From positions 15,162-79,161 of the forward strand of contig JAZBPE010000002.1 of NCBI GenBank assembly GCA_036353345.1: a stretch of 64,000 nucleotides of DNA, in the 5' to 3' direction. Origin of the DNA: Erythrobacter sp. Its GTDB lineage: Bacteria > Pseudomonadota > Alphaproteobacteria > Sphingomonadales > Sphingomonadaceae. A model generated the notes under the pieces. That model was given only the letters and a program-made list of their open reading frames with translations, ran no database searches and was not told the DNA's origin. The position numbers and the translations under genes are program-made. This document shows, one piece after another, positions 35,975 to 46,818 of this stretch. Each line of letters starts with the position of its first letter. Within the stretch, counting starts at the first letter, position 1.

Positions 35975-36417
35975 TTGGTACGCAATGCGGGCACGCCATG
36001 GTTGATGGCGGGTGCTGCTCTATCGTTGGTAGCAGCGCTTTTGCATATCGGTGTGGTTATCGGCGGTCCGCATTGGTACCGGTTTTTCGGTGCGCCCGAA
36101 CAATATGCCGTTGCCGCATCGCGCGGATCGATCATTCCGGCGCTTGTGACGAGCGGCATTGCTGCGGCCTGACAATCTGGGCGGGATACGCAGCTTCGGG
36201 TGCCGGACTCTTGCCGCGCCTGGCGCTGCTGCGGACCGCTCTGGTGCTGATAATTGCGATCTATCTCGCGCGCGAGCTGCTTATCGTGCCGGTCTTCCTG
36301 AATGTACCATATCGCCAAGGCACGTTCGATTATTGGTCATCTGCTATCGTGCTGCTCTACGGGGTGGTGCACGCGGTGGGACTTTGGCGCTCATGGACGG
36401 CTTTGGGCCCGCCTTAG
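35975..36417 (+). pseudogene. 4-TM membrane protein interrupted by a frameshift near 36168-36172 (or a sequencing error)
   Basis: The frame of ORF 35912..36172 ends ...IIPALVTSGIAAA*. The hydrophobic reading continues in the frame of ORF 35998..36417 as LTIWAGYAASGAGLLPRLALL.... Restoring one C in GCGGCC(C)TGACA joins them into a coherent ~145-aa protein. Confidence 0.45.
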
Positions 36418-36495
36418 ATCCGTCGAAATGAGGTGGCCGCACGAACCTCAAGTTTGATCGACAAGTCAATTCCCAGGCGATAAAACGCACCCCGG

Positions 36496-36966
36496 ATGGG
36501 TTGGCTCTACACCTTCAAGTTTCTGCATTATCTCGGGATCATCCTGCTCGCGGGGAACATCACGGTGACCGCGGTATGGAAGGTCTTTGCCGATCGCAGC
36601 GATGACTGGCGCATCGTCGCCTTCGGTCAGCGGCTGGTCACGGGCACCGATTTCGGGCTCACGATCCCGGGCATCGTGCTGACCATGGTGGGGGGTTACG
36701 GAGTTCTCTTTCTCAACGGCTACAATCTGACCGAGCCGGCCTGGCTGCTGTGGAGCCAGGTGCTGTTCGTGGTCGCCGGGCTGATCTGGCTCGGCATACT
36801 CGTGCCGATCCAGATCCGGCAGGCGCGCATCGCCGCGCGCTTCGACGCGGCCGGCGGGATCACAGCGGAATATCGCCGATTGTCGCGTCGCTGGATCACC
36901 TGGGGGCTGATCAGCACCGTGCCGCTGGTATGCGTACTGTGGCTGATGGTGGCAAAGCCCGCATGA
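36496..36966 (+). CDS. DUF2269-like integral membrane protein
   Basis: 156 aa, 4 TM segments, N-terminus MGWLYTFKFLHYLGIILLAGNI. Family call from memory. The stop overlaps the next gene's start (ATGA). Confidence 0.6.
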   Translation: MGWLYTFKFLHYLGIILLAGNITVTAVWKVFADRSDDWRIVAFGQRLVTGTDFGLTIPGIVLTMVGGYGVLFLNGYNLTEPAWLLWSQVLFVVAGLIWLGILVPIQIRQARIAARFDAAGGITAEYRRLSRRWITWGLISTVPLVCVLWLMVAKPA

Positions 36967-38120
36967 GCAAATGGCTCGAAGGTCCGCGCAATGCCAACGC
37001 GCCGCTTGCGGGGTTGAAGGTGCTGGAGCTGGCGCGCGTACTCGCCGGGCCGTTCGCCGGACAGATCCTCGCCGATCTGGGCGCTGATGTCATCAAGGTG
37101 GAAAGTCCCGGAGGGGACGGCACACGCCTTTGGGGCCCGCCCTGGATCGATCGCGAAGGGCCCGATGGGACTATCCGCCGCGAGGCTGCCTATTACCACG
37201 CCTGCAACCGCGGCAAGCGCTCGATCGTCGCGGATTTTGACCGGGAGAGCGACCTTTCGACGGTCCGCGCGCTGGCCCGGTCCGCCGACGTGGTGATCGA
37301 GAACTTCAAGACCGGAGGGCTGGCAAAGTTCGAGCTCGATTACACGAACCTTGCTGCGGACAACCCCGCCCTTGTCTATTGCTCGATCACTGGCTTTGGC
37401 CAGACCGGACCGCGCAGCACGGAGGCCGGATACGACTTCGTGATCCAGGGGATGGGCGGGTTCATGGCGCTGACCGGGGATCCGCAGGGCGCGCCCGTCA
37501 AGATGGGTATCTCGATCTCCGACCTGGCGACCGGGGTCTGGGCTGCGAACGGCATACAGGCCGCGCTTCTGATGCGCGCACGCACGGGGCGGGGCCAGCA
37601 TGTCGACATGAGCCTGCTCGACTGCTCGGTCGCACTGCTTTCCAATCAGGCGACCTATCACCTCACAACGGGGGACAACCCGCCGCGCATGGGGAACGCG
37701 CATGCGCAGGTTGCGCCCTATGGCGTGTTCCCCTGCCGCGACGGTCACGTGATCCTCGCGCCCGCCAATGACCGCCTGTTCGCCCGGCTGATGCTGCTGC
37801 TGGAGCTTACCGAGCTGATCGACGATCCCCGGTTTGCGAGCAACGGCGTGCGAGTGGAAAATGCGCGCGCGCTCGAAGAAGCGATTGCGGCGGCGACGAA
37901 CGGCTGGACGCAGGCAGCACTGATCGAGGCTTGCCATAAAGCAGGCGTGCCGGCCGGGCCGATCAATGAACTGGACGCAGTCTTTGCCGATCCGCAGGTG
38001 GTAGCCAGAGGCCTGCGCGTCGATCTCGACGGATTACCGGGTGTGCGCAGCCCGTTCGTCTTTTCCGAAGCGGAGCTCGCGCTCGACCGCCCTTCCCCGA
38101 TGCTGGGCGAGGATAACTGA
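36963..38120 (+). CDS. family III CoA-transferase (CaiB/BaiF family)
   Basis: Start corrected to MSKWLEGPRNANAPLAGLKVLELARVLAGPFAGQILADLGADVIKVESPGGD. The later block GYDFVIQGMGGFMALTG is also present. Confidence 0.9.
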   Translation: MSKWLEGPRNANAPLAGLKVLELARVLAGPFAGQILADLGADVIKVESPGGDGTRLWGPPWIDREGPDGTIRREAAYYHACNRGKRSIVADFDRESDLSTVRALARSADVVIENFKTGGLAKFELDYTNLAADNPALVYCSITGFGQTGPRSTEAGYDFVIQGMGGFMALTGDPQGAPVKMGISISDLATGVWAANGIQAALLMRARTGRGQHVDMSLLDCSVALLSNQATYHLTTGDNPPRMGNAHAQVAPYGVFPCRDGHVILAPANDRLFARLMLLLELTELIDDPRFASNGVRVENARALEEAIAAATNGWTQAALIEACHKAGVPAGPINELDAVFADPQVVARGLRVDLDGLPGVRSPFVFSEAELALDRPSPMLGEDN

Positions 38121-38284
38121 ACCTATTCTGCGGCTTCGTGCACTTCTTCAACATGGAGCCCATCGTCAAATATAGCCGTGAGGTCCGCGGCTGGCTGCGT
38201 GAAGAGCAATGGGCGGCCAAGAACACGCCTGAATAATCGGAGCGGCGAGGCGCACGGCGATTGCTGGGCGCTTCCGCTTACGCT

Positions 38285-39490
38285 TCAGGACAGCGCTTGC
38301 GCGCTCGCCCGCCACAATCGCTCGACAGGCCCCTGTCCAAAGCGGGCGATCCAAACGGGCGACCACCACAGCATCGCCGCGATCGGCAAGAAACTCAGCG
38401 CCAATGCCCCCGCCCGCCCCACTTCGCCGAACAGGCCCAGCCCCCAGTTGGCAAAGATCGCGCCCAGGATTACCGAGGTCATGAGATAGTTAGTCAGCGA
38501 AAGGCGTCCGACCGCCGCCAGCCGCTTTGTTAAGGCTCCGCCTTGCGCAAACAATGCCATTGCGAGCGCAGCGTAGCACAGGCCCAAAGCGGTATCGAAC
38601 GGGGCAGACAGGACCAGCGCGCCCGCGGCCACGAAAGCTGCAGGAAAGTCTCGATCGGTTATCCACCATGCGAGCGCAAAAAGCGGCGGCAGCGCAAAAA
38701 GCGCGGTGACCGCCGCCAGATGCCGGGGCCGTTCGAGCCGCCACTCGCCTGCCAGCGCCCGGTGTTTCCACAGTCCCATTCCAAGTGCCATGGCGGCCAG
38801 GTTCAACGGGATCGAGGCCGCTACGACTGTCAGTTGGGAGCGGACTGATCCGATGCGCCGGGCAATACGCTCATCCAGACCCTCGCGTCCCTGTTCGAGC
38901 ATGTACGCGATCGCCGCCGGATCGCGCCCGAATTGCCGCTCGACAAACAGCGCCGCATCGCTCCCCGTGCGTCCGGCATAGGCATCGACGACCGCCCCGC
39001 CAAACATCACCGTGCCAGCACCCACGTGCAGCAGGACAAGTCCGATCGCGATCGTATAGAGCGAGCGCGCGGACAGATGCGCCAGAAACGGGATTGCGAG
39101 GCCGGCAAACGCATAGGCGCGCAGCACATCGTTGCTCGCCAGCAGAAGCGCGTGAGCCAGGCCGAGGACGAACAGTATCGCCATCCGTGCATAGTGGCTG
39201 CGCCATCGCCGTCCCCCGCTACGCTCGATCAATATGAGGCAGCCTGCGCCGAACAGCATCGCGAACAGGGTGCGAAACTTGTCCTCTACGAAAATGAAGC
39301 CGATCGCCCACACCACCCGGTCCGCAGCGCTCTCTTCATGGATCCCGGGACCCCATGCGGTCGGGTTGAGGTAACCCTGCCCCGGCAGCGCGAAGACGTA
39401 GACGTTCATCCACACGATACCGATCACGGCAAACCCGCGCAGCGCGTCGAGGGCTACAATACGGTTCGCCGGATCGCGCAAGACTGCCAC
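38285..39490 (-). CDS. DUF418 (YeiB-like) membrane protein
   Basis: RIVALDALRGFAVIGIVWMNV N-terminal motif and multiple TM segments. GTG start 35 nt after the metK stop. Confidence 0.75.
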   Translation of the reverse strand: MAVLRDPANRIVALDALRGFAVIGIVWMNVYVFALPGQGYLNPTAWGPGIHEESAADRVVWAIGFIFVEDKFRTLFAMLFGAGCLILIERSGGRRWRSHYARMAILFVLGLAHALLLASNDVLRAYAFAGLAIPFLAHLSARSLYTIAIGLVLLHVGAGTVMFGGAVVDAYAGRTGSDAALFVERQFGRDPAAIAYMLEQGREGLDERIARRIGSVRSQLTVVAASIPLNLAAMALGMGLWKHRALAGEWRLERPRHLAAVTALFALPPLFALAWWITDRDFPAAFVAAGALVLSAPFDTALGLCYAALAMALFAQGGALTKRLAAVGRLSLTNYLMTSVILGAIFANWGLGLFGEVGRAGALALSFLPIAAMLWWSPVWIARFGQGPVERLWRASAQALS

Positions 39491-39525
39491 AGCGCGAAAG
39501 GTTTAGCAGACCGCGCGCGCGCAGA

Positions 39526-40767
39526 TCAGGCGAGCGCTGCCTTCAGGTCTTCGACAAGATCGGTGCGCTCCCATGGAAAGTAGTCACCATCGGCCTGCCG
39601 CCCGAAATGGCCATAGGCCGCACTTTCGCGATAGATCGGCTTGTTCAGCCCCAGATGCGTTCGGATCGCGCGCGGGGTCAGCCCGCCCAGCTTGCCGATC
39701 GACTTGATCGCGGCTTCGAGCTTCGCATCGGACACACTGCCGGTACCAAACGTATCGACATAGAGCGACAGCGGCTCGCTCACCCCGATGGCATAGGCGA
39801 TCTGGATGGTGCAGCGACGCGCGAGGCCGGCGGCTACCACGTTCTTCGCCAGATAACGGGTTATGTAAGCGGCGCTGCGATCCACCTTGGTGGGGTCCTT
39901 GCCGCTGAACGCGCCGCCGCCATGCGGGCTTGCCCCGCCATAGGTGTCGACAATGATCTTGCGACCCGTCAGCCCAGCATCGCCATCCGGGCCGCCAATT
40001 TCGAAAGCTCCGGTCGGATTGATGTGCCATGCAGTCTCGTCGGAGATGAAGCCCTCGGGAAGCACGTCGGTAACGACGCCTTTGACGTAATTCTTAAGCT
40101 CGGCTTCCTTCTCGCCTTCGTGGTAGCCAGCGCCGTGCTGCGTCGAGACGACGACGGCAGCGCAGGCTACGGGCTTTCCGTTCTTGTAGCGCAGCGTCAC
40201 CTGGCTTTTGGCATCGGGTTCGAGGAACGGCGCAGCACCGCTCTTGCGATCGGCAGCCAGGCGCTCAAGGATCTTGTGACTGTAATCAAGCGTCGCCGGC
40301 ATGAGATCCGGCGTTTCGTCGCAGGCAAAGCCGAACATGATCCCCTGATCGCCTGCGCCTTCATCCTTGTTGGAGCCTTCCGCGCCCGCATCCACGCCTT
40401 GCGCGATTTCACTCGACTGGCCGTGAAGATGGTTTTCAAACGTGAGCGTTTCCCAGTGAAAGCCTTTTTGCGCGTAGCCGATTTCCGCGACAGTGCGGCG
40501 CACCGCGCTTTCGATCTCGTCGCGCGCACCGGGTGCCCAGTAGTTGTTGTACTTCCATTCTTCGCGCGACCGGTCATACATTGGCAGGCAGCGGATTTCA
40601 CCGGAGAGCACCACGCGTTGCGTCGTTGTCATGGTTTCGCATGCAACCCGCGATTCCGGGTCTTTCGAAAGCATCAGATCGACGATGGCGTCGGAGATCT
40701 GGTCGGAGACCTTGTCCGGATGACCTTCGGAAACACTTTCGGAGGTGAACAGGTAGTCGTCGCGCAT
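39526..40767 (-). CDS. metK: S-adenosylmethionine synthase
   Basis: Start corrected to [30 protein letters not shown] (GGAGAA RBS). [10 protein letters not shown] and [19 protein letters not shown] motifs are present. Confidence 0.97.
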   Translation of the reverse strand: MRDDYLFTSESVSEGHPDKVSDQISDAIVDLMLSKDPESRVACETMTTTQRVVLSGEIRCLPMYDRSREEWKYNNYWAPGARDEIESAVRRTVAEIGYAQKGFHWETLTFENHLHGQSSEIAQGVDAGAEGSNKDEGAGDQGIMFGFACDETPDLMPATLDYSHKILERLAADRKSGAAPFLEPDAKSQVTLRYKNGKPVACAAVVVSTQHGAGYHEGEKEAELKNYVKGVVTDVLPEGFISDETAWHINPTGAFEIGGPDGDAGLTGRKIIVDTYGGASPHGGGAFSGKDPTKVDRSAAYITRYLAKNVVAAGLARRCTIQIAYAIGVSEPLSLYVDTFGTGSVSDAKLEAAIKSIGKLGGLTPRAIRTHLGLNKPIYRESAAYGHFGRQADGDYFPWERTDLVEDLKAALA

Positions 40768-40852
40768 GATGGTGATTCTCCGGGACAACAGGAGGCGAAG
40801 GGCGCCTCTCATGCAGATATAAGGAAAGCTTTATGTCGCTTTGCGGGCTCGC

Positions 40853-42520
40853 CTAGCCGCGTGCCGGAAAGAGCGCAAGCGCGCGTGGCCCCGCGAGCGC
40901 CAGCAGTGCGACAAGCGCAGCCCAGGCGAGCGGCAGTGCGTTACCCATTCGCGCGAACGGCGTGGGCGGGGCAGCGGCGGGCACGCGACCTTCGAGTGCA
41001 TCGGCGCGTCCCATCGCGATTGCGCCGCGCACCATTCCATCGGCATCGATTACCGCGCTGATACCCGTCGTCGTCGATCGCAGGACCGGGAGCCCTTCCT
41101 CTATCGCGCGCAGCCGTGCCTGCGCCAAATGCTGCGGCGGGCCCCAGCTGCCAAACCAGCCATCGTTGGAGGGGTTGAAGATATAATCGGGCCGATTGTC
41201 GCGATCGACAACCTGGCCGGAAAACACGATTTCGTAGCAGATCTGAACCCCGGCACGCCCATGCGCACCCAGATCGAGAGTGCGCGGCCCGGGCCCGGGC
41301 TCGTAGGGAATCGTTCCTGCGACCAGGCGATCAAGGCCAATTGGTTCGAACAACCATTGCAGCGGCAGATATTCGCCATAAGGTACGAGGTGCGCCTTCG
41401 CATATTGCGCCGCGATCGTGCCCGTTCCGTCGAGCGCGATGACGGCGTTGCGTGCGCTCACGGCTCCGCGCGATCCGTCTTCGCGTGTTGCCATATCGAG
41501 ATTGACTACCCCGGTCAGTAACATGGCGTCCGAACCGATTACCCGTGCGATGCGCGCCCGCGCCAGACCGGGATCGGCGGCGAAGGTCATGCGGGTGTAG
41601 TAGCGTTGCAGATAGCCGTCTTCGAGGTAGTCGGGGATGGCGCTTTCCGGCCACAGGACGAGGCGAGGAGACGCGGTGCCTGATGCTGCCCCTGCGGCGG
41701 CGGTCAGCTGCGCGAGCCGATTGAACTGTTCCTCGAAACGCGACGGATCGTTGATCTCGTCCTGGGTTATGAGCGGCTGGACAAGCGTATAGGCGATCGC
41801 GCTTTCTTCCGAGCCGTTCGCGCCGGGCAGGACCATCGCGAGCGCAAATGCCGCAAGCGTAGCAACTAGCGCGGCAATTTGCCTGCGCACGGCCCAAGCC
41901 GCGACAATTGCAGCAATCAGCAAGGCAAGTCCGGATAGCGCGTAGGTGCCCATCCATGGAAGCAGGCGCGCCACGCCGGGGCTGTCCCAGCCGCCCAGCA
42001 GGATCAGGGCAAGCGGCGGCCATGGATATCCGGTAAAAACGAAGCTTCGCAGCCATTCGGTCACGATCCAGGCCGCCGCCAGCATCGCTCCGAAGCCAAG
42101 CGTTCCTGATCGCCGCGCTGCCGCATGTGCGATCAATGCAGCAAGCGCGGGATAGACGGCGAGATAGACGCACAGCAGGGGCACCGCCGCCCAGCCGAGG
42201 ATTTCCGGCATCTTCGCCTGATGTGTGAAGGCGGTCGCGATCCAGTTGTTGGCAAGCGTCAGATGCGCCCAGCCAAACAGCCAGCCGCGCCACGTTGCTG
42301 CACGCCAGTTCGGTGCGGCATGCAGATGAATGACCAGCAGCGCGAGCCCCGGCAGCGCAACCCACCACGCATGAAGCGGGGGAAAGCCGGTTGCCGTGAC
42401 AACGCCCAGCGCAATCGCAGTCAGACCGGGGCGTTCGACCGCAAGCGAACGCAGGGCGAAGGGCAGACGCGCAATACGCCCTTCTTGCGCCGCTCGGATC
42501 GCACCAACCTCGCTAGTCAC
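40853..42520 (-). CDS. lnt: apolipoprotein N-acyltransferase
   Basis: 555 aa. Multi-TM N-terminal half plus a C-N hydrolase domain with VQICYEIVFSG (catalytic Cys) and NDGWFG. Confidence 0.9.
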   Translation of the reverse strand: MTSEVGAIRAAQEGRIARLPFALRSLAVERPGLTAIALGVVTATGFPPLHAWWVALPGLALLVIHLHAAPNWRAATWRGWLFGWAHLTLANNWIATAFTHQAKMPEILGWAAVPLLCVYLAVYPALAALIAHAAARRSGTLGFGAMLAAAWIVTEWLRSFVFTGYPWPPLALILLGGWDSPGVARLLPWMGTYALSGLALLIAAIVAAWAVRRQIAALVATLAAFALAMVLPGANGSEESAIAYTLVQPLITQDEINDPSRFEEQFNRLAQLTAAAGAASGTASPRLVLWPESAIPDYLEDGYLQRYYTRMTFAADPGLARARIARVIGSDAMLLTGVVNLDMATREDGSRGAVSARNAVIALDGTGTIAAQYAKAHLVPYGEYLPLQWLFEPIGLDRLVAGTIPYEPGPGPRTLDLGAHGRAGVQICYEIVFSGQVVDRDNRPDYIFNPSNDGWFGSWGPPQHLAQARLRAIEEGLPVLRSTTTGISAVIDADGMVRGAIAMGRADALEGRVPAAAPPTPFARMGNALPLAWAALVALLALAGPRALALFPARG

Positions 42521-42574
42521 GGGGCTTGGGGAACCAAGTGGCGAATGCCCGCAGCGCGCCTGCGAGGCGCAGCG

Positions 42575-43300
42575 TCAGCCGACCGCTTCGAGACTGTCGT
42601 CGCCATCGCCGCGCGAGGCCGGACTGTCGCTTCCGATCGCCGGGGGCAGCACCGCGGAATCGATTTCCCCGGTGCTGTCGTCGCGCGCACTGGATGCGTC
42701 ACCATTGCCGCGTGGCCTGCGCCGTGATTCGCCGCGGGTGGCTTTCTTGCGAACGGGCGGGCGCGTTTCATTGCTATCGCCATCGCTTTCGTCATTCTGC
42801 GGCTTGCGTGCACGGCGGCGCGGCTTGGGCGCAGCTTCGTCCTGACCGTCATCGGCCTCGCCCTCATTTCCGCGCTCGCCTTCGTCCACCGACGCATTGT
42901 CGCCATCGTCACCGCGCGAGCGGGGGCGACGCTGGTTTGTGCGACGGTTGTCGCGGCGACCCTCATCGTTGTCATCGTCGTCATCATCGTCATTCGACTG
43001 AACGCGATCGTCATTGCGCTTGGCCCGCGCTTCGTCCTGGCGCGCCTTGTTATCTGCGATAACGCGAAAATAATGATCGGCGAATTGCAGGTAATATTCC
43101 GCCTGCACCCGGTCGCCGTTGTGCTGCGCGTCTTGCGCAAGCTTTTTGTACTTGTCGAGCAGTTGCGGCGCATTGCCGCGCGCCCGGCTATCGATCCGGT
43201 TTAGCTGATTGCCGCTGCTCTGATTGTTGCGATTACTGCGACCGCGACGACGATTATTACGATTGTTATTCAAGGAGTTCCATCCCCATTCGTGGCACAT
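42575..43300 (-). CDS. DUF4167-like highly charged protein
   Basis: Asn/Arg-rich N-terminus (NNNRNNRRRGRSNRN), a conserved-looking core AQLLDKYKKLAQDAQHNGDRVQAEYYLQFADHYFRV, then a poly-Asp run and an Arg-rich tail. The true start may be TTG at 43273. Confidence 0.7.
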   Translation of the reverse strand: MCHEWGWNSLNNNRNNRRRGRSNRNNQSSGNQLNRIDSRARGNAPQLLDKYKKLAQDAQHNGDRVQAEYYLQFADHYFRVIADNKARQDEARAKRNDDRVQSNDDDDDDDNDEGRRDNRRTNQRRPRSRGDDGDNASVDEGERGNEGEADDGQDEAAPKPRRRARKPQNDESDGDSNETRPPVRKKATRGESRRRPRGNGDASSARDDSTGEIDSAVLPPAIGSDSPASRGDGDDSLEAVG

Positions 43301-43532
43301 GGTCCGCGATCCATCGCGGTGCGCCCGTGAACCCCGACGCTTCGGCCCGTCACGGCATCACGCCGCAGACTGCAGACCGCCCGCATATGCGTGGCCAATG
43401 GCGTGACCCATTGGCCAGTTCGAGCAGGTATTCGGAGCTTGACCTGACCGATCCGCACGTTCGGCGATCGATCTGCCTGTAAGGACAGCTAGCGGGCCGC
43501 AATGCGTTTGCCAAGGCCTAGCGTCCTAAAGA

Positions 43533-44375
43533 TTAGCGACAGATCACGCAGCGCGGTCGATTTGCAAGATCGTGACGCAATTGGGCCACGAACCCTTCGG
43601 ACCGGGCGAGCGCGGTGACGGCATCCGCCTGACTGTATCCGATCTCGAACATTGCGAGCGCTCCTTCGTTCATCAAGGCGCGCAACTGGGGCATCAGGAC
43701 GCGGTAATCAGCGAGCCCGTCCGTTCCGGCAAACAGCGCCCTCGCCGGCTCGTAATCACGCACTTGCGGACTGAGTTCGGCATCCTCTTCGACATAGGGC
43801 GGGTTGCACAGGATCAGATCGAAGGTGCCAAGATCCGCGGGCCAGCCATCCTTCGTCCAGTCGCGCGCCAGGAACCGCGCCCGCGCTCCAATCACACCCA
43901 GCTGTTGGGCATTGCGCTGCGCGATGCGCAGAGCGCTTGGCGATGCGTCGATCCCGGTTCCGTGCGCATCATCAATCTCGAGCACGGCGGTGATGAGCAG
44001 CGCACCCGAACCAGTGCCAAGATCGAGCACGCGCGCACCCGCCGGCGCGAATGCGAGCGCGGCATCGATCAGGGTTTCGCTGTCACCTCGCGGGATCAGC
44101 ACATCGCGCGACACCGCGAAGGATCGACCGTAAAACTCCTGCGCGCCAAGGATATGGGCGATGGGCTCGCAAGCCGCGCGGCGCTGGACCAGCGTGGCAA
44201 AGGTGTCGGGTGCTGGATCATCCATTTGCCGCACGAGCATGGCCGAACGTTCGACACCCAGCGCATGGGCCATCAGCAATTCCGCATCGAGCCGGGCAGT
44301 GTCCGAGATATCCGAAAGAGTGCTGGCAGCGGCGCGGATCGCTTCGGCAATCCTCATTACGCCGCGTCTGGGCAT
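43533..44375 (-). CDS. prmC: peptide chain release factor N5-glutamine methyltransferase
   Basis: LDLGTGSGAL SAM-binding motif and ILCNPPYV (NPPY). The start could instead be ATG 44357. Confidence 0.9.
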   Translation of the reverse strand: MPRRGVMRIAEAIRAAASTLSDISDTARLDAELLMAHALGVERSAMLVRQMDDPAPDTFATLVQRRAACEPIAHILGAQEFYGRSFAVSRDVLIPRGDSETLIDAALAFAPAGARVLDLGTGSGALLITAVLEIDDAHGTGIDASPSALRIAQRNAQQLGVIGARARFLARDWTKDGWPADLGTFDLILCNPPYVEEDAELSPQVRDYEPARALFAGTDGLADYRVLMPQLRALMNEGALAMFEIGYSQADAVTALARSEGFVAQLRHDLANRPRCVICR

Positions 44376-44381
44376 TCCGCC

Positions 44382-45449
44382 CTACTCATTGAGGGTCGCC
44401 AGACGCTTGCCCTCATCCTCGGCAATCAGCGCATCGACCAGTTCGCCAAGGCCCGGTCCGGCAAGCACTTCGTCGAGCTTGTGAAGCGTCAGGCCGATGC
44501 GGTGATCGGTCACGCGGCCCTGGGGAAAGTTGTAAGTGCGAATGCGCTCGGACCGGTCGCCGCTGCCGACCATGGCCTTGCGCGCCTCGGCCTCCGCCCC
44601 CTGCGCCTCCTCGCGCTGCTTTTCGTAGAGGCGGGCGCGCAGCACCTGCATCGCCTTGTCGCGATTCTTGTGCTGGCTGCGCCCGTCCTGACAGGTGACG
44701 ACGATCCCGCTCGGCTCATGCGTGATGCGGATCGCCGAATCGGTGGTATTAACGTGCTGGCCGCCTGCACCTGATGCGCGGTAGGTATCGATCTTGAGTT
44801 CGCCGGGATCGATCGCGATGTCCACCGCGTCGGGTTCAGGCAGCACCGCGACCGTCGCTGCCGAGGTGTGAATGCGCCCGCCGCTTTCGGTAACGGGCAC
44901 GCGCTGGACGCGGTGGACACCGCTTTCGAACTTGAGCTTTGCGAACACGCCCTGCCCGCTGATATTGGCGACGATTTCCTTGAAACCCCCGACTTCGGAG
45001 GCGCTCATGCTGGCGGGTTCGACGCGCCAGCCATTTTCGGCGGCGAAGCGTTCGTACATGCGGTAAAGGTCGCCTGCGAACAAAGCCGCTTCATCGCCCC
45101 CGGTGCCGGCGCGGATTTCGAGCATGGCAGGCTTCGCATCGGCCGCATCGCGCGGGAGAAGTGCAAGGGCGAGCGCGCGTTCCTTGGCCGGCAACCGGCC
45201 GCGTAGCTCGGAGAGCTCGTCCTGCGCCATATCCTTCATTTCCGGATCGGCGAGCATGGCTTCGAGGCCGGCCATCTCCTCGCGCATGGAGCTGATTTCG
45301 GCGGCGATTTTCGCGACCGGCTCAAGCTCGGCGTAATCGCGGCTGGCAGCGACAAACGCGTCGCCATCAAGCGTGCCTGACGCCATCCGTGCTTCGAGCT
45401 CTGCGAAGCGGTTGGCAATCTGTTCGAGGCGTTGGGGGGGAATGGTCAT
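44382..45449 (-). CDS. prfA: peptide chain release factor 1
   Basis: Start corrected to [25 protein letters not shown] tripeptide (RVPVTES) and GGQ ([19 protein letters not shown]) are present. The ATG overlaps the hisS stop by 1 nt. Confidence 0.96.
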   Translation of the reverse strand: MTIPPQRLEQIANRFAELEARMASGTLDGDAFVAASRDYAELEPVAKIAAEISSMREEMAGLEAMLADPEMKDMAQDELSELRGRLPAKERALALALLPRDAADAKPAMLEIRAGTGGDEAALFAGDLYRMYERFAAENGWRVEPASMSASEVGGFKEIVANISGQGVFAKLKFESGVHRVQRVPVTESGGRIHTSAATVAVLPEPDAVDIAIDPGELKIDTYRASGAGGQHVNTTDSAIRITHEPSGIVVTCQDGRSQHKNRDKAMQVLRARLYEKQREEAQGAEAEARKAMVGSGDRSERIRTYNFPQGRVTDHRIGLTLHKLDEVLAGPGLGELVDALIAEDEGKRLATLNE

Positions 45450-46690
45450 CAGACGATGTGGTGCCGCATCGCGTTCCATACCGATTCGACTTCGCCAGCA
45501 CGAGGATTTTCGCCACGAAAGTTCGACGCCACTCCTTCGCCATCGGTGCGAAGGCTGACAATGGCAGAGGCTGCCGTTTTCGTCGCTTTGTCAAAGCGTT
45601 TCTTTGGCGAACCGCTAGCGATCAAGTCCGCCGAAAAGCCTTCTTCACGAAATCTCGAAAGGGCGCGAATCGCCTTTGGGATCGCGTCGTCCGTTTCAGC
45701 AACGATCACTACGTCCGTTGCAGTAGGCTCACGCTCCCCCACCAGCATCGCCAACCGCTCGATCCCCGCTGCCCAGCCGACGGCGGGCGTCGCGGGTCCG
45801 CCGAGGTTCTCGATCAGCCCATCATAGCGTCCGCCGCCGAGCACAGTCCCTTGCGCGCCGAGCCGGTCGGTGATGAATTCGAACGCGGTGTGGCGATAAT
45901 AGTCGAGCCCGCGCACCAGCGCGGGGTTGCGCTCCCACGCAACGCCTGCGGCATCCAGCCCGCTCGTCACGGCGCCGAAGAAGTCCTGCGCTTCATCGCT
46001 CAGAAAATCGTCGATCTGCGGCGCGCCGGCGACATGCGCCTTGTCGCGCGGGTCCTTGGAATCGAGGATGCGCAGCGGGTTTTTCTCCAGCCGCTCCTGC
46101 GAATCTTCGGACAGCTCGCCGCGCACGCCCGCAAAATGCTCGACCAAAGCTGCGCGCCAAGCTTCGCGGCTATCGGCATCGCCCAGCGTATTCAGTGTCA
46201 GCCTCACGCCGTCGCTCACATTCAGTTCGCGCAGGAGCTGATCGGCAAACGCCAGCAGCTCGACGTCCGCCTGCGGTTCGCCCGCGCCAATAACCTCCGC
46301 ATCGATCTGGTGGAACTGGCGGTAACGCCCCTTTTGCGGGCGTTCGTAGCGGAACAGCGGCCCGTGCGTCGCGATCTTCAGCGGTGCGTGCTGCTGCCAG
46401 CCATTGGTGAGGTAAGCGCGCGCGATACCGGCGGTGAATTCGGGCCGCAACGTCAGCGAATCGCCGCCGCGATCCTCGAACGAATACATCTCTTTCGACA
46501 CTACGTCGGTCGTCTCGCCCAGCGAGCGGGCGAACACCTCGGTCTTTTCGAACACGGGAAATTCGGCGCGGCGAAAACGGTAGAGGCGGCGTACGCGCTC
46601 AAAAGTCTCCACCACGAAGGCGAAGGCTTCCGCCTCGGCGCCGAATATGTCCTGGGTGCCGCGAATGGCTTGCGGTGTGTTCTTGCTCAT
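45449..46690 (-). CDS. hisS: histidine--tRNA ligase
   Basis: Start corrected to [17 protein letters not shown]. Class II motifs are present ([37 protein letters not shown]). Confidence 0.95.
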   Translation of the reverse strand: MSKNTPQAIRGTQDIFGAEAEAFAFVVETFERVRRLYRFRRAEFPVFEKTEVFARSLGETTDVVSKEMYSFEDRGGDSLTLRPEFTAGIARAYLTNGWQQHAPLKIATHGPLFRYERPQKGRYRQFHQIDAEVIGAGEPQADVELLAFADQLLRELNVSDGVRLTLNTLGDADSREAWRAALVEHFAGVRGELSEDSQERLEKNPLRILDSKDPRDKAHVAGAPQIDDFLSDEAQDFFGAVTSGLDAAGVAWERNPALVRGLDYYRHTAFEFITDRLGAQGTVLGGGRYDGLIENLGGPATPAVGWAAGIERLAMLVGEREPTATDVVIVAETDDAIPKAIRALSRFREEGFSADLIASGSPKKRFDKATKTAASAIVSLRTDGEGVASNFRGENPRAGEVESVWNAMRHHIV

Positions 46691-46818
46691 GATCCGCGCG
46701 CAGGTAAGCGAGGACGCGGCTTGCCGCAACACGGACTGGCGGCTAAGCGGCGCGCCACGTTCCCATGCCGGCGGCACAAGAGTGCTCGCCCATCCCTTCA
46801 AGACCTGAGAGACGATCC

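Noticed and set aside
38153-38236. 27-codon ORF (MEPIVKYSREVRGWLREEQWAAKNTPE) in the convergent spacer after the CaiB-like gene
   Set aside because: There is no convincing RBS and no recognisable family, and it is too short to judge from sequence alone. It would need Ribo-seq or conservation.
40768-40852. Possible SAM-responsive riboswitch in the 85-nt lnt-metK spacer (hairpin GAGGCG-CCCTT-CGCCTC, AAAGC motif)
   Set aside because: I cannot match it to the SAM-II, SAM-V or SAM/SAH consensus from memory, and the spacer is very short. cmsearch against Rfam would decide.
42960-43000. GTCATC/GTCGTC trinucleotide run
   Set aside because: It is the coding sequence of the poly-Asp tract of the DUF4167-like protein, not an independent repeat element.
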